The notes: generated from the sequence alone by a model not told the origin. 64,000 bases of DNA from Desulfatiglandales bacterium (GCA_963666345.1 OY762721.1:800001-864000); one strand, 5' to 3'. Positions 19,190-29,912 are shown, counted from the stretch's first letter. Numbers and translations: made by a program.

Positions 19190-19489
19190 TCAGCTCAGGC
19201 GTAATGCCAGTTGGAGCAGACTCTGAACCAGGAATGACTGAATGAATATTATGACCAGTATTACAAGGATAGGAGAAAAATCCATGCCACCGAAATAAAC
19301 CGGGATCCTTCGCCTGATAGGATAAAGAACAGGCTCGGTGACGGAGTTTAAAAACCTTACTATCGGATTATAAGGATCAGGGCTTACCCATGATATGATC
19401 GCCCTTCCTATAATTATCCACATGTAAAGGGTAAGCAGTATATCCATGATTTTTGCTACTGCAGCCAGAAAATTTGAAATTACAAACAT
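19190..19489 (-). CDS. YggT-family membrane protein
   Basis: ATG 19489 after GGAGG; ISWVSPDPYNP, TEPVLYPIRR, MDFSPI. Confidence 0.93.
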   Translation of the reverse strand: MFVISNFLAAVAKIMDILLTLYMWIIIGRAIISWVSPDPYNPIVRFLNSVTEPVLYPIRRRIPVYFGGMDFSPILVILVIIFIQSFLVQSLLQLALRLS

Positions 19490-19536
19490 GTCTAAACAAT
19501 AACCTCCGAAAAAAATCATATGCACAATATAAAGAT

Positions 19537-19599
19537 GGATCTTCTCCCGATTAGTTGCTCAATCGGCATATCTTTTTTCACACGGTGCAACATATCAGG
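19537..19599. repeat. 63-bp dispersed repeat, copy 1
   Basis: 55/63 identical, ungapped, to 41352-41414 (hand alignment). Confidence 0.85.
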
Positions 19600-19639
19600 G
19601 CTCAAGAGAGCAAGGGTCCGAGTGAAAAAAACAGACACT

Positions 19640-20368
19640 TCAGGACACCTTAAATGCGCTTATAACTCCATGACATTTACAGGCAGTTCCGATCAGCCAG
19701 GTTGCTCCATCACCATCTCTGACTGCCCTTTCCGCCTCCAAAAGGTCCCCTACCCTGTAGCCACCCAGCCCGGGGGCGATCTGACGACTTCTGATTACAA
19801 AGATGTCAAACTCGCGGGTTTCAATGTCGGAAAGGTATCGAAAAAGAGGTTTTTCCCTTTTCTCGCCAGTGACCGTACATCGGTCCGGTTCAGGACAGTC
19901 ATCCGGACATAGAAAATCTGCATAACTGACAAGAAGATCACCTTCTTTTCCATGCCAGAATTTAGGCATCAAAGAGGCTATGGTTTCAGGAAAAAGCATT
20001 TTTTCTATGGTAAAACCTTTTGCTGAACGGCATCTGAGCCACTCAAAGGCAAGATGCACAGGCAAGGCGGGAACAATGATGTTTTCGTTTCTCATCTGCC
20101 GAAGATTTCTCTCAAGGAACCTGACGCCGTCCTCCTGGAACCTCTTTACGGGCATCCTTTCAAATTCTCTTAGTGCTTCCTCGCATCTGTCCACAATAAA
20201 GATACTTTCATGGCCCAGTTCGCAGAGGATACTAACGGCCCTCCTGCCGAAATGTCCACCTCCTATTACAAATATCGAATCACTTTTTATATCCTGTCCG
20301 CGGATCTCGGCAGGATAACTCAGGCTGTCGCCTGCCGTTGAAACAACCTTTTTTGTGTCTAGAGGCAT
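19640..20368 (-). CDS. Hypothetical protein with a Rossmann-like motif and a Cys-rich C-terminal domain
   Basis: VIGGGHFG; CPDDCPEPDRC and TACKCHG. Confidence 0.7.
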   Translation of the reverse strand: MPLDTKKVVSTAGDSLSYPAEIRGQDIKSDSIFVIGGGHFGRRAVSILCELGHESIFIVDRCEEALREFERMPVKRFQEDGVRFLERNLRQMRNENIIVPALPVHLAFEWLRCRSAKGFTIEKMLFPETIASLMPKFWHGKEGDLLVSYADFLCPDDCPEPDRCTVTGEKREKPLFRYLSDIETREFDIFVIRSRQIAPGLGGYRVGDLLEAERAVRDGDGATWLIGTACKCHGVISAFKVS

Positions 20369-20449
20369 AAAATGGGTATAAGCATAATGGATCGTGTTTG
20401 AAACAGGCTCAGGCAGAAAAAAACAGGTCCAAAATATAGAGACGCGCCA

Positions 20450-20833
20450 GAGCAGAATATAAGCCGGGTTTTGTCCCCCTTAGCGGTTACCCGTTTAAGG
20501 GGTAATGGCCATTCATCTAGCCCTGACGTTACCGTCAGGGTCAAGCAACCTACCCGGGAACTCGGGCGGACCACCCTCAAGCGTTCCCCTATTTGGTCTT
20601 GCTCCAGGTGGGGTTTACCTAGCACCTGCCGTCACCAGCAGACCTGGTGAGCTCTTACCTCACCTTTTCACCCTTACCCTTTCAGATACCGGTGGTAACT
20701 GAAAAGGCGGTTTGCTTTCTGTGGCACTTTCCTTCCCGTCACCGGGACTGGACGTTATCCAGCACCTTGTCCTCAGGAGCCCGGACTTTCCTCTCCCCTG
20801 CCAAAGGCAGGGCAGCGGCCATTCAGCCTACTC
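20450..20833 (-). ncRNA. rnpB: RNase P RNA (type A)
   Basis: Minus strand GAGTAGGCTGAATGGCCGCT...GAGGAAAGTCCGGGCTCC...GGAAAGTGCCACAGAAA...GGTAAACCCCACCTGGAGCAAG...ACAAAACCCGGCTTAT; ends approximate. Confidence 0.97.
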
Positions 20834-21577
20834 TGACGCGCCTTCCACATCGGCGGTCTTTTTGAATTTTTCATTGTCACCCCAGTACATTATTCGCATG
20901 CAATTGGGGCAATTCATAAGGCTGTCTCCTCTGATAAGTTCGTTAAACTTCTGGGGCGGAATACCCATATGGCAAGCCTGGCACACACCTTTTATAACAG
21001 AAGTAATGGCTACCCCGTCTTTATGTTTTCTGATAGTATCGTAACTCTTTAATAGATTTGCGTCAATGTCTTCGGACAAGCCGCTCCTCTTTGCCTCCAG
21101 TTCTTCAAGCTCAAGATCAAGGGCCTTTATCTCCTTCATTATCTTACTTTTGTCCTTTTTAAAGGCCTCTTTTCCTTTCTTCAGAGACTCCTTTCTTGAG
21201 GTACAACTTTTTTTTAAAACCTCCAACTGCTCCATGATTTCCAGGGTACGATCCTCAAACCTGCCTTTTTCCTTGCTCATCGTCTCAATCTCTTTAAGAG
21301 CGGCACGGTATTCCTTATTGTCCCTTATATTTGATAATTTTGAGTTGCTCTTTTCAACCTTGGAATCAATATCCTCTATTTCCAGCTCGATATCGTTTCC
21401 CTCCTTTTTGCAGACATCAAGCCTTTCCATTTCCTCTTCCATTTCACTTTCAAGCAAAAGGAGTTTTTCCTCCAGGGCCTTTATCCGATTTGGCCCCTCG
21501 ACCTTTTGATCTTTGATCTCCATGATCCTGGCATCACAGTCCTGAAGATCGATAAGTTTTTTAATTGACTCTTCCAA
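20828..21577 (-). CDS. Coiled-coil protein with C4 zinc ribbon (DUF164-type)
   Basis: Long coiled coil, CQACHM...CPNCMRI; TTG start after AAGGAG; downstream of nif3. Confidence 0.9.
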   Translation of the reverse strand: MEESIKKLIDLQDCDARIMEIKDQKVEGPNRIKALEEKLLLLESEMEEEMERLDVCKKEGNDIELEIEDIDSKVEKSNSKLSNIRDNKEYRAALKEIETMSKEKGRFEDRTLEIMEQLEVLKKSCTSRKESLKKGKEAFKKDKSKIMKEIKALDLELEELEAKRSGLSEDIDANLLKSYDTIRKHKDGVAITSVIKGVCQACHMGIPPQKFNELIRGDSLMNCPNCMRIMYWGDNEKFKKTADVEGASE

Positions 21578-21674
21578 TCTCTACTCCTTGCGTAAATTTA
21601 TTGACCTTTTTCGTCCAAACCGGGGTACATCCCCATAAACAAGGTCATCGTTTAATTACGATTACTCCATACCA

Positions 21675-22478
21675 TCAGAGGCACATAAAAGGATCGGTTT
21701 CACCTTCGTCGACCTCAAAAACCACCTCCCAGTCTTTAGATCCCGCCAGATCTTTAAGGCGCTCGGCAAAAACCTGCATGGCCCTTTTTTCAGTGCAGAA
21801 ATGACCACCATCCAATACGGCGATTCCAAGGGACCCCGCTTCCAATGCCCTGTGATATCCTACATCTCCTGTCAGCAATACATCAGCACCCTTGCCGCAT
21901 GCCGTCTCCAGAAGACTTGATCCGGCGCCCCCGACCACCGCGACCCTGTTGACGCTTCCGGGCAGCTTGCCGGCGACTCTAATGGTACCCAAACCAAATA
22001 TTTTTTTGACCCTTGCAATAAATTCATGGAAATCCAACCTCCCTGGAAGATCACCGATCCTACCCAAACCTGAGCCATCCGTTTCCGCACTGTCTTGGAG
22101 CGCCCTTATGTCCTGCAGGTCCAAAAGTTCAGCCAGGATATCATTTATCCCATCCTTTGCCGAATCCAGATTGGTATGTGCGGATATAATGGAAATCCCC
22201 TGCTCAAGGGCTGTGCTGATCACCTTGCCTGGGTATTTACTGGTATCTAAAGATGAAAGGGGGGCAAAAATAAGGGGATGGTGGGTAAGCAGGAGTTGTG
22301 CGCCGCATCTTGAGGCGGCCGACACCACTTCAAGTGTCGGATCAAGGGCGATTAAGACCTTGTTCACCTCTGAGAAAGGAGAACCGACCTGCAGGCCCGG
22401 ATTGTCCCAGGGCTCAGCTAATCCGGAAGGGGCTATGCTCTCAAATAAATCAAGAAAATCATTTAGTTTGGGAATCAT
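21675..22478 (-). CDS. Nif3-like dinuclear metal protein
   Basis: AEPWDNPGLQVG, THHPLIF, HTNLD, TGDVGYH, DGGHFCTE. Confidence 0.94.
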   Translation of the reverse strand: MIPKLNDFLDLFESIAPSGLAEPWDNPGLQVGSPFSEVNKVLIALDPTLEVVSAASRCGAQLLLTHHPLIFAPLSSLDTSKYPGKVISTALEQGISIISAHTNLDSAKDGINDILAELLDLQDIRALQDSAETDGSGLGRIGDLPGRLDFHEFIARVKKIFGLGTIRVAGKLPGSVNRVAVVGGAGSSLLETACGKGADVLLTGDVGYHRALEAGSLGIAVLDGGHFCTEKRAMQVFAERLKDLAGSKDWEVVFEVDEGETDPFMCL

Positions 22479-22510
22479 AAAATATTTCTATCGGCGTACC
22501 ATAAAATTTT

Positions 22511-22540
22511 AAAGGGCGCACCCCTCAGGGATGCGCCCTC
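22511..22540 (-). terminator. Rho-independent terminator downstream of tRNA-Ile2
   Basis: AGGGCGCA...TGCGCCCT hairpin followed by TTT and an AT-rich run on the minus strand. Confidence 0.6.
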
Positions 22541-22612
22541 TTCAGTTAAAATCTTCTCTTTTTTGAAATTCGCCTTTAATACCATAGGATGTGGGTAATA
22601 ACAATCGATATA

Positions 22613-22688
22613 TGGTGGGCCCACCTGGGTTCGAACCAGGGACCTACCGGTTATGAGCCGGTGGCTCTTCCAGCTGAGCTATGGGCCC
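22613..22688 (-). tRNA. tRNA-Ile2 (CAT anticodon, lysidine type)
   Basis: GGGCCCATAGCTCAG...CCGGCTCATAACCGG...GTTCGAA...GGGCCCACCA; G1:C72 paired (not initiator); sits downstream of rpoD like ileX. Confidence 0.85.
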
Positions 22689-22764
22689 CTCCAAAAAGTT
22701 AATAATCAATCTGCTAAAATTATCATTCAAAGTCGTTTTGTCAAGTAAAAATCCGCAGTCAGTA

Positions 22765-24543
22765 TCAGTATTCACTGCCATCCACAAAACTCTTCAGTTT
22801 CTTGCTTCTGCTGGGGTGCCTTAATTTTCTCAGTGCCTTGGCCTCTATCTGTCTTATACGCTCTCTTGTAACACTGAAATCACGGCCCACCTCTTCCAAG
22901 GTGTGATCCGCCTTTTCACCTATCCCGAAGCGCATTCTGAGTACTTTTTCCTCTCTGGGCGTAAGGGTCCTGAGCACATTTCTGGTCTGTTCGGCCAGGC
23001 CGAAATTCACGACCGCGTCACCAGGCGAAAGCACCTTTTTATCTTCTATGAAATCTCCCAGATGGCTGTCTTCCTCTTCCCCGATAGGGGTCTCAAGAGA
23101 TATCGGTTCCTTGGCAATCTTAAGGACCTTACGTACCTTTTCCAGGGGAAATTCCATTTTTTCGGCAATTTCTTCAGGCGTGGGTTCGCGCCCATGTTCC
23201 TGAACAAGATAGCGTGAGGTACGGATAAGCTTATTTATAGTCTCAATCATGTGAACAGGAATTCGTATCGTCCTTGCCTGGTCTGCGATAGCCCTGGTAA
23301 TGGCCTGTCTTATCCACCAGGTCGCATAGGTGCTGAATTTGTAGCCTCGCTGATATTCGAACTTATCAACGGCTTTCATTAGACCTATATTTCCCTCTTG
23401 GATCAGGTCAAGGAACTGGAGCCCCCGGTTTGTATATTTCTTTGCTATACTTACTACGAGTCTCAAATTAGCTTTAATGAGATCCGACTTGGCAAGATTG
23501 GCCCTTTCAAGGCTGGCCTCTATCTTTCTAAGTGTACCCTTCAATTGCCTGTGAGTCATATTGGTGCACTCTTTATATCGGCTTACGATCATCTGTGCAT
23601 CTTCGGCCTTTGTTTTAAGCCTTACCAGTTCGCCTTTTGTCAACCTGAGAGAGGGGACTATCTCATCGTCTTTGGTGGACTTGGGTATCTTTGCAAAACA
23701 CTTGTTCAAATAGCATATCGATTTCCCGCCCGCCATCAGCATGCACTCTGCGATCTGTTTCTCCGCTTCATCGATCTCGGCTACAATTTCTCTGAATCTT
23801 TCTACCATAAGCTCCAGCTGCCGTTTTTCGAGGCTGAATGAATTTACAAGAGAAAGTATATTTTCTTTATTTTTCTTGATCTGGGCGGAAAGTCTCTTCT
23901 TTTTGGCCTCCGCACATTTTCCTTTGGCCATCTCCTGCCTTTTCAACCGTATATCTTCCTGGAAGACCTCCATCTGATCTATGAGATTTATGAGAGATTC
24001 CTTCCTCTCACCAAGCTGGGTGTAGGCATTTTCTTCATCCTCCAGGTCGTTTATTACATCCTTCAGCTTAACTTCACTCATTTTGAGTCTGAACCCGAGT
24101 TCAATGATATGCTCTACGCCGATCCCGCAATCCAGCAGCATGCTCATGGCCTTTTTCTCACCAGCCTCTATCTTTTTGGCGATCTTGACCTCGCCTTCCC
24201 GTGTCAGCAGGGATATACAACCCATTTCCTTTAGGTACATCTTTACCGGATCGGACACCCTGGAGGCGCTGTCAGGAAGGTCGATCCTGTTGCTGTCTTT
24301 TTCCTCAACTTTCTTTTTGCTCTTTTTGGCCTTATCGGCCTTTTCCATATCCGCCTTTGAGGCCTCATCAACAACCATGATGTCCAGCTCTTCGAACACC
24401 ATCATCAGGTCGTCGATATCCTCTTCAGAGGATGCCAGCTCCTCGGACAGATCATCGTTGATCTCCTCGTAAGTTACGTAACCCTTATCTTTGCCAATAT
24501 CTATCAGACGCTTAAGGTTTACCATGTCGGGATTCTTGGCCAT
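22765..24543 (-). CDS. rpoD: RNA polymerase primary sigma factor
   Basis: Region 1.1, [55 protein letters not shown]. Confidence 0.98.
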   Translation of the reverse strand: MAKNPDMVNLKRLIDIGKDKGYVTYEEINDDLSEELASSEEDIDDLMMVFEELDIMVVDEASKADMEKADKAKKSKKKVEEKDSNRIDLPDSASRVSDPVKMYLKEMGCISLLTREGEVKIAKKIEAGEKKAMSMLLDCGIGVEHIIELGFRLKMSEVKLKDVINDLEDEENAYTQLGERKESLINLIDQMEVFQEDIRLKRQEMAKGKCAEAKKKRLSAQIKKNKENILSLVNSFSLEKRQLELMVERFREIVAEIDEAEKQIAECMLMAGGKSICYLNKCFAKIPKSTKDDEIVPSLRLTKGELVRLKTKAEDAQMIVSRYKECTNMTHRQLKGTLRKIEASLERANLAKSDLIKANLRLVVSIAKKYTNRGLQFLDLIQEGNIGLMKAVDKFEYQRGYKFSTYATWWIRQAITRAIADQARTIRIPVHMIETINKLIRTSRYLVQEHGREPTPEEIAEKMEFPLEKVRKVLKIAKEPISLETPIGEEEDSHLGDFIEDKKVLSPGDAVVNFGLAEQTRNVLRTLTPREEKVLRMRFGIGEKADHTLEEVGRDFSVTRERIRQIEAKALRKLRHPSRSKKLKSFVDGSEY

Positions 24544-24670
24544 CTATATTCCCTCCTGGATTCATTTATTTCATTTCACAATTAACGATTCTCAACCAAG
24601 AAATTCAAACCGATTTAAATTATAAAAAACCGGCTTAAAGATTGTGAACCTAAATTATCACTGGTTTATG

Positions 24671-26440
24671 TTACTGTGCAGGGCCCTTTGAAAGCATGGA
24701 CCTCTTCATCTTCAAAATTTCGTTCATTCCTTTTATGTCGCCCCTTGCACGAGCCTTCCGGAATGAGATCTCCAGGCCTGAACGCTCTATTTCAATTTTT
24801 ATTTCAGCAATCGCCTGATCTGCTGCCTGATCATCGAAAAAGGATTTTCCGGAAATCGCCTCTCGGTAGAGGATACTGGCCGCCTCACTTCCAAGGTCTT
24901 CAAGCAGTCTCTCCGGAGGAAAGGCACCTTGCCGGTTGTATCGACTAAAAAAGGCATCCGTAATTTCGGTTACCAGAGGATCGGAAAAATAACCCCGCCA
25001 ATTGGTATCAATTAAATCAGCGGCTTTTTCAGGATAGTAGATTATGAGATTAAGCAGATGGTGATCACGACCGAAACTACCTTGAGTCTTAGAAGTTGAC
25101 ACCTTTTCCTCAATCCCCCCCCTTACATCCTTTACCGATCTTTTCTTCAGGGATTTCTTGAATTCCGACCATATTATCTCTTCCCTGATACCTATGGTAT
25201 CTGCAAGGCGCTTGATATAAAGGGCACGCTGAGCCTCGCTTCTTAGTTCGAACAAGGGCGGAAAGACCTCTTTCAAGAGGTCCACCTTACCTTCAAGACC
25301 GGAACCGGAACCAGAGATCTTCTGTTCCAGGTAAAAATCAAAGAGAGTCGGGGCAGATACCAGATGCTCCTCAAGTTTTTCAAGGCCTTTTGCGTTTACA
25401 TATCCGTCCGGATCATAACCGTCAGGCAGCAATACGGCCTTTGCGGAAAGCCCCTCATTGGAAAAATGGGAAAGACTGTTTACAGCCGCCTTTTTTCCAG
25501 CCTCATCCGAATCGAATAACAGCACAGCCTCCCTGCAGTAGCCCTTTAACCTGCGCAGGTGATCGGCGGTCAATGCGGTTCCAAGGGTGGCAACGACCTC
25601 TGAAAGACCGTTATTTATGAGCGCAAGGCAGTCCATGTAACCTTCCACGATTACCGCCCTTTTCTTCTCCCTGATGGATCCGGCTGAGGCATGCAGCCCG
25701 TATAACAGTCGCCCTTTCGCAAAAAGAGGGGTTTCCGGCGTGTTGAGATACTTGGGAAGTGAATCGTCAAGTACCCTTCCCCCAAAACCTACCACCTGTC
25801 CTTTCACGTTGAATATGGGGAAAATTATTCTTCCCCTGAACCTGTCATAGTAACCACCGCTCTTTTTTTCGACAACAAGTCCGGCCTCGAAAGCGATACC
25901 CAAGCCTGAATTCTTGCTTCTGAGATAATTTATCAAACCGTCCCAGCGGTCGGGAGAGTAGCCGATTCTAAATTCGGATATCGTCTTATCTGAAAGGCCC
26001 CTGTTCTTTATATATTTCCTTGCCCTCTTTCCGACATCCGGATGAAACAGGCAGTTCTGGAAATAGAGCGCGGCCGTTTCATTAAGGTTAACAAGGGCGG
26101 ACCTCTTTTTTGCCTCTTTTTGCTCAACAGGGGTTGAAAATCCTTCCTGGATTGTGACATTATATTTTTCTGCAAGATCTCTCACCGCCTCGGGGAAGGT
26201 CTCACTGTGATACTCCATCCAAAAGGTAAAGATATCTCCACCCTTCTTGCAGCCGAAACAGTGAAATGTCTGTCTCTCAGGGCTTACGGTAAAGGAAGGA
26301 TCTTTCTCTGCGTGAAAAGGGCACAGTCCGACATAATTTCTGCCCGCTTTTCTAAGCTGCACATACTGGCCGATAACCTCAAGTATGTCAGCGGCCCTTT
26401 TGATCTCATCCTTTGCCGATTGCCTTGTCAAAAGCACCAC
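24671..26440 (-). CDS. dnaG: DNA primase
   Basis: CPFHAEK...CFGC zinc finger, PKYLNTPET, VEGYMD, FDSDEAG, YDPD. Confidence 0.97.
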   Translation of the reverse strand: MVLLTRQSAKDEIKRAADILEVIGQYVQLRKAGRNYVGLCPFHAEKDPSFTVSPERQTFHCFGCKKGGDIFTFWMEYHSETFPEAVRDLAEKYNVTIQEGFSTPVEQKEAKKRSALVNLNETAALYFQNCLFHPDVGKRARKYIKNRGLSDKTISEFRIGYSPDRWDGLINYLRSKNSGLGIAFEAGLVVEKKSGGYYDRFRGRIIFPIFNVKGQVVGFGGRVLDDSLPKYLNTPETPLFAKGRLLYGLHASAGSIREKKRAVIVEGYMDCLALINNGLSEVVATLGTALTADHLRRLKGYCREAVLLFDSDEAGKKAAVNSLSHFSNEGLSAKAVLLPDGYDPDGYVNAKGLEKLEEHLVSAPTLFDFYLEQKISGSGSGLEGKVDLLKEVFPPLFELRSEAQRALYIKRLADTIGIREEIIWSEFKKSLKKRSVKDVRGGIEEKVSTSKTQGSFGRDHHLLNLIIYYPEKAADLIDTNWRGYFSDPLVTEITDAFFSRYNRQGAFPPERLLEDLGSEAASILYREAISGKSFFDDQAADQAIAEIKIEIERSGLEISFRKARARGDIKGMNEILKMKRSMLSKGPAQ

Positions 26441-26717
26441 TCATTGAACCATATAAGAATCAAACCCTGTTTTTTAGTCAGACTTTTCAAGGAAATGCCG
26501 ATGAAGCCGCCTCACGGTCCATTCCTGACGAAACTTCGGGAGCATGTCTGCATCTGCCATGAATACAATAAAAACCGGACAAATTTACAGGTGAAAGGTA
26601 TTGGGAATGGCCCTCATTAACCGAGGAGATCTGCCGCCATATATCCGGGCGGGCAGGATATCCCTGAACCTGGTATCTATGCTTTGTCATGCAGGCTCTG
26701 AAGCTTGATTCATATAA

Positions 26718-27161
26718 TTAACTAAGGAGGTTGCGGGCTATGGTGTTTACTTCCTTACCCTGTGCCTGTCCGGCCATCCTTTCCATTGCAACCTTCATTA
26801 CCTTTCCAAGGTCCCTGGGGCCGGTCGCAGACAGCTCAGCGAATATTTCCTTGAGTATCCTTTCAATCTCTTCGGGGGACAATTGCTTGGGGAGATAATC
26901 ATAAAAAATCCTGATCTCGTCTTCCTCCTTCTGAGCCAGATCCTCTCGATTTCCTTCCCTGAATTCCTTGGCAGCCTCTTTGGCCTTTCTTACCAACGAG
27001 GAAATCAAAGCCTCTATCTCCTCATCTTCCAGTTCACGGCCCTTTTCAACCTGCTTGTTTTTTACGGAGGCCTTAAGCATTCTAATGCATGAGAGCCTCA
27101 TGGTATCCTTGGCCTTCATTGCCTCTTTTAGATCCTGATTTATTTTTTCATGGAGAGACAT
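26718..27161 (-). CDS. GatB/YqeY domain protein
   Basis: DLKEAMKAKD, YLPKQLS, DLGKVMK. Confidence 0.93.
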   Translation of the reverse strand: MSLHEKINQDLKEAMKAKDTMRLSCIRMLKASVKNKQVEKGRELEDEEIEALISSLVRKAKEAAKEFREGNREDLAQKEEDEIRIFYDYLPKQLSPEEIERILKEIFAELSATGPRDLGKVMKVAMERMAGQAQGKEVNTIARNLLS

Positions 27162-27296
27162 AAATCCTCCCTGACCGGGGTTTTATCCAACAGGGCCAAA
27201 ATTACCTTAAAAAATCTGACCGCGGGAAATTCCGCCTTTCATGTTGCGCTGTAACTCTAAAACTTAAATCGAGGTTTTATATTGTCAAGGCCTTAA

Positions 27297-28034
27297 TCAT
27301 GGAAGAGATTCACCTTTTGAAACCTTTATGGCCGCCTCCAGATCCAGCGATCCTTCATATAGAGCCCTTCCCGTTATAAGACCGATCACTCCAAACGTGG
27401 ATAAGGGCAGCAGATCCCTGACATCGGAGATATCCGAAATGCCCCCTGATGCAATTATCGGTATAGTGGTCGACCGAGCAAGCTCTCCGGTTGAATCTAT
27501 GTTAGTACCCGATCTCATCCCATCCCTCTTGATATCGGTATGGATTATCGCCGAAACACCGCTTCCTTCAAATTTTCTTGCCATTTCTATGGGAGAGATG
27601 GAAACCTCCTCTGTCCAACCCTCAAGTGCAACCTTTCCATTCCTTGAATCTATACCGAGAATAATCTTTCCCGGATACCTCTTGCAGGCCTTAAGCACAA
27701 ATTCGGGATCCTTGTATGCCACGGTGCCTAAAATCACGTAGCTGAGACCCAGCTCAAAATACGACTCCAGGTTGACCATGTCTCTTATCCCGCCCCCAAG
27801 CTGCACCGGTATGGGAACGGATTCAACGATCTTTCTTATCACCTTGCCATTGACCGGTTTACCCTGCACGGCACCGTCAAGATCAACCAGATGGAGCCTC
27901 TCAGCCCCCTTTTTCCACCACTGTAAGGCCATCTGTTCCGGGGCCTCGGAAAAGACCGTCACCTCAGACATCCTTCCCTGAAAGAGCCTCACGCATCTGC
28001 CGCCTTTTATATCAACAGCCGGTATTACTATCAA
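27297..28034 (-). CDS. hisA: ProFAR isomerase HisA
   Basis: IPAVDIKGGRCVRL, LHLVDLDGA, QLGGGIR, TDIKRDG, IASGG; TTG start. Confidence 0.96.
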   Translation of the reverse strand: MIVIPAVDIKGGRCVRLFQGRMSEVTVFSEAPEQMALQWWKKGAERLHLVDLDGAVQGKPVNGKVIRKIVESVPIPVQLGGGIRDMVNLESYFELGLSYVILGTVAYKDPEFVLKACKRYPGKIILGIDSRNGKVALEGWTEEVSISPIEMARKFEGSGVSAIIHTDIKRDGMRSGTNIDSTGELARSTTIPIIASGGISDISDVRDLLPLSTFGVIGLITGRALYEGSLDLEAAIKVSKGESLP

Positions 28035-28037
28035 AAT

Positions 28038-28754
28038 TCAGTCCTTATTCCTTTGCTTTGCAGCTATGCCTTCCAGAATCCCCTCAAGCCCTAGATCTGC
28101 ATATTCCTCTACGGTCAACCATCTGAAACCGGCCTTTAAAAGTGAAGGTGCCTCAAGCAGATTTTCAGAAAGAGACTGCTGAGTCTTATCAAATTTGCTT
28201 CGCCACAAGATACTGCCGTCCCGAGGGTCCAGTATCCAAAGATCAAAGGCCACAGAGGCGGCGGATCTTACACCGTAATCAGTACCCACCCTCTGCCTCC
28301 ATCTATAGAGATACCCGGCAAGCACCGCATCACCGCCGAAAGAACTTCCCACCTTCTGAAGGACCTGGCTCTTGCTCATATTAACACCCTTGTCGGCCTG
28401 AAGGATGCTGTTATATGCCCCCTCAGACTGTCCGGGTGATATAAGCTCAAAGTTCTTCTTTTTAACGATCTTTTCAAAAAGCATCCTGGTCAACGCTTCT
28501 GAATTCTCCATGGATACAGGCTCGGCAACGTATACCGATCCGGTAAGCGAGTCGTGGACGACATCGGGCTGTTGTCCCTGAGCAATAAGAGGCTGAAATC
28601 CGACTACAACCAGTTTGTTTATGGCAGGGATTGAGGCCGTCGACTTAGAATCCCTTCTATTTTTGTGAGAACAGCCTGCCGCCAGAATCATTAGAAAGGC
28701 AAGCACCAGGTTGGTAAAAATAAGGTATCTTCTATTTTCAAATCTCGGTTTCAT
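28038..28754 (-). CDS. Lipoprotein of unknown function
   Basis: LAAGC lipobox after a hydrophobic stretch; GGAGG RBS. Confidence 0.8.
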   Translation of the reverse strand: MKPRFENRRYLIFTNLVLAFLMILAAGCSHKNRRDSKSTASIPAINKLVVVGFQPLIAQGQQPDVVHDSLTGSVYVAEPVSMENSEALTRMLFEKIVKKKNFELISPGQSEGAYNSILQADKGVNMSKSQVLQKVGSSFGGDAVLAGYLYRWRQRVGTDYGVRSAASVAFDLWILDPRDGSILWRSKFDKTQQSLSENLLEAPSLLKAGFRWLTVEEYADLGLEGILEGIAAKQRNKD

Positions 28755-28768
28755 ACCTCCTCCATATC

Positions 28769-29359
28769 CTAAAGAAGTCCCTTTGTGGAAGGAACGCTTC
28801 CATCAAGGCGTTTATCAAAGGATGTCGCATGATCAAGTGCCCTTGCAAAGGCCTTAAAGATCGCCTCTGAAATATGGTGCGGCTCATCACCGGCGATCAA
28901 ATCCACATGCATCGTAATACCTGCGTTAACGACCAGGGCGCGAAAAAATTCCTTGACCAGACCGACATCAAAGGATCCGGTGGTAGTTTTTTCCATTTTA
29001 ACCCTATAGGCAAGCACAGGACGGTTCGAGATATCAATCACGACCCTCACGAGAACCTCGTCCATCGGCAGCGTGACCTCTGCATATCTTTTAATGTCTG
29101 TCTTCTGTCTGAGAGCGTCCCTGATAGCCCTGCCGATACAGATTCCCAAATCCTCTACGGTATGGTGGTCATCGATATCAGTGTCACCGCTCGCCTTTAC
29201 CTCCATATCGAAAAAGCCATGAGCGGCGAACAGGCATAACATGTGATCCATAAAAGATATACTCGTTTCGATATCTGAGTTTCCATTCCCATCCAGATTC
29301 AAAAGCACGGATATATCTGTTTCCTTGGTCTTTCTCTCAATTTTTGCTTCACGTATCAT
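28769..29359 (-). CDS. hisB: Imidazoleglycerol-phosphate dehydratase
   Basis: RKTKETDI, DDHHTVED, PMDE, HHISEAIFKA, PSTKG. Confidence 0.97.
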   Translation of the reverse strand: MIREAKIERKTKETDISVLLNLDGNGNSDIETSISFMDHMLCLFAAHGFFDMEVKASGDTDIDDHHTVEDLGICIGRAIRDALRQKTDIKRYAEVTLPMDEVLVRVVIDISNRPVLAYRVKMEKTTTGSFDVGLVKEFFRALVVNAGITMHVDLIAGDEPHHISEAIFKAFARALDHATSFDKRLDGSVPSTKGLL

Positions 29360-29552
29360 CTTTCAAATTATCCCTTTTGAGCTTAAGGCATGGCCTTACC
29401 CTAACGTTAACAGACTTATGCGGAAATGATTTAAGGATTTTATTTTACAAGGCATTTACCTCTTAAATCCGGAGAGGTTTATGAAATGGGCTTATGCAGG
29501 ACCTCAAACAGAGAGATTTCAGCACAGGTAAAGCGAAGTTATGCAAAAAAAA

Positions 29553-29628
29553 TGGTGGAGATGAGGGGATTCGAACCCCTGACCTGTACGTTGCGAACGT
29601 ACCGCTCTCCCAACTGAGCTACACCCCC
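29553..29628 (-). tRNA. tRNA-Ala (CGC)
   Basis: GGGGGTGTAGCTCAG...GTACG-TTCGCAA-CGTAC...TCTCCACCA; G3:U70 identity pair. Confidence 0.95.
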
Positions 29629-29791
29629 ACGACAGCAATAAGAACAGAAAAAAATGCTGGATTCCCTCTGTTTTTAAATAGCACTAACCGGTTATTATAT
29701 ACAATCTCACATTTTTATCAATCAATATTTGACTTTCCCCGGCAAAAATATTTGACTTTTTCCCAAAACATTAATAGAAATATATTTTTGT

Positions 29792-29868
29792 GCCCCCGTA
29801 GCTCAGGTGGATAGAGCACCAGATTCCTAATCTGGGTGCCGCATGTTCGAGTCATGCCGGGGGCACCA
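29792..29868 (+). tRNA. tRNA-Arg (CCT)
   Basis: GCCCCCGTAGCTCAG...CCAGA-TTCCTAA-TCTGG...GTTCGAG...GGGGGCACCA. Confidence 0.95.
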
Positions 29869-29877
29869 TGTAAATTC

Positions 29878-29912
29878 AAGGGCTTACAGTCTTTGCTGTA
29901 GGTCCTTTTTTT
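29878..29912 (+). terminator. Rho-independent terminator after tRNA-Arg
   Basis: AAGGGCTTACAG-TCTTTG-CTGTAGGTCCTT followed by a T run. Confidence 0.7.

Noticed and set aside
20359..21044. Short ORFs over rnpB
   Set aside because: They are shadows of the RNase P RNA and the zinc-ribbon gene.
22613..22688. tRNA-Met assignment
   Set aside because: It lacks initiator features (C1:A72 mismatch, three G:C pairs in the anticodon stem); sequence and position fit Ile2, though elongator Met is not fully excluded.
26487..26690. 67-aa ORF between yqeY and dnaG
   Set aside because: No clear RBS or recognisable similarity; cannot be supported.
29850..29900. tRNA-anchored integrated element
   Set aside because: No integrase follows and no duplicated tRNA 3' end was noticed in the window.
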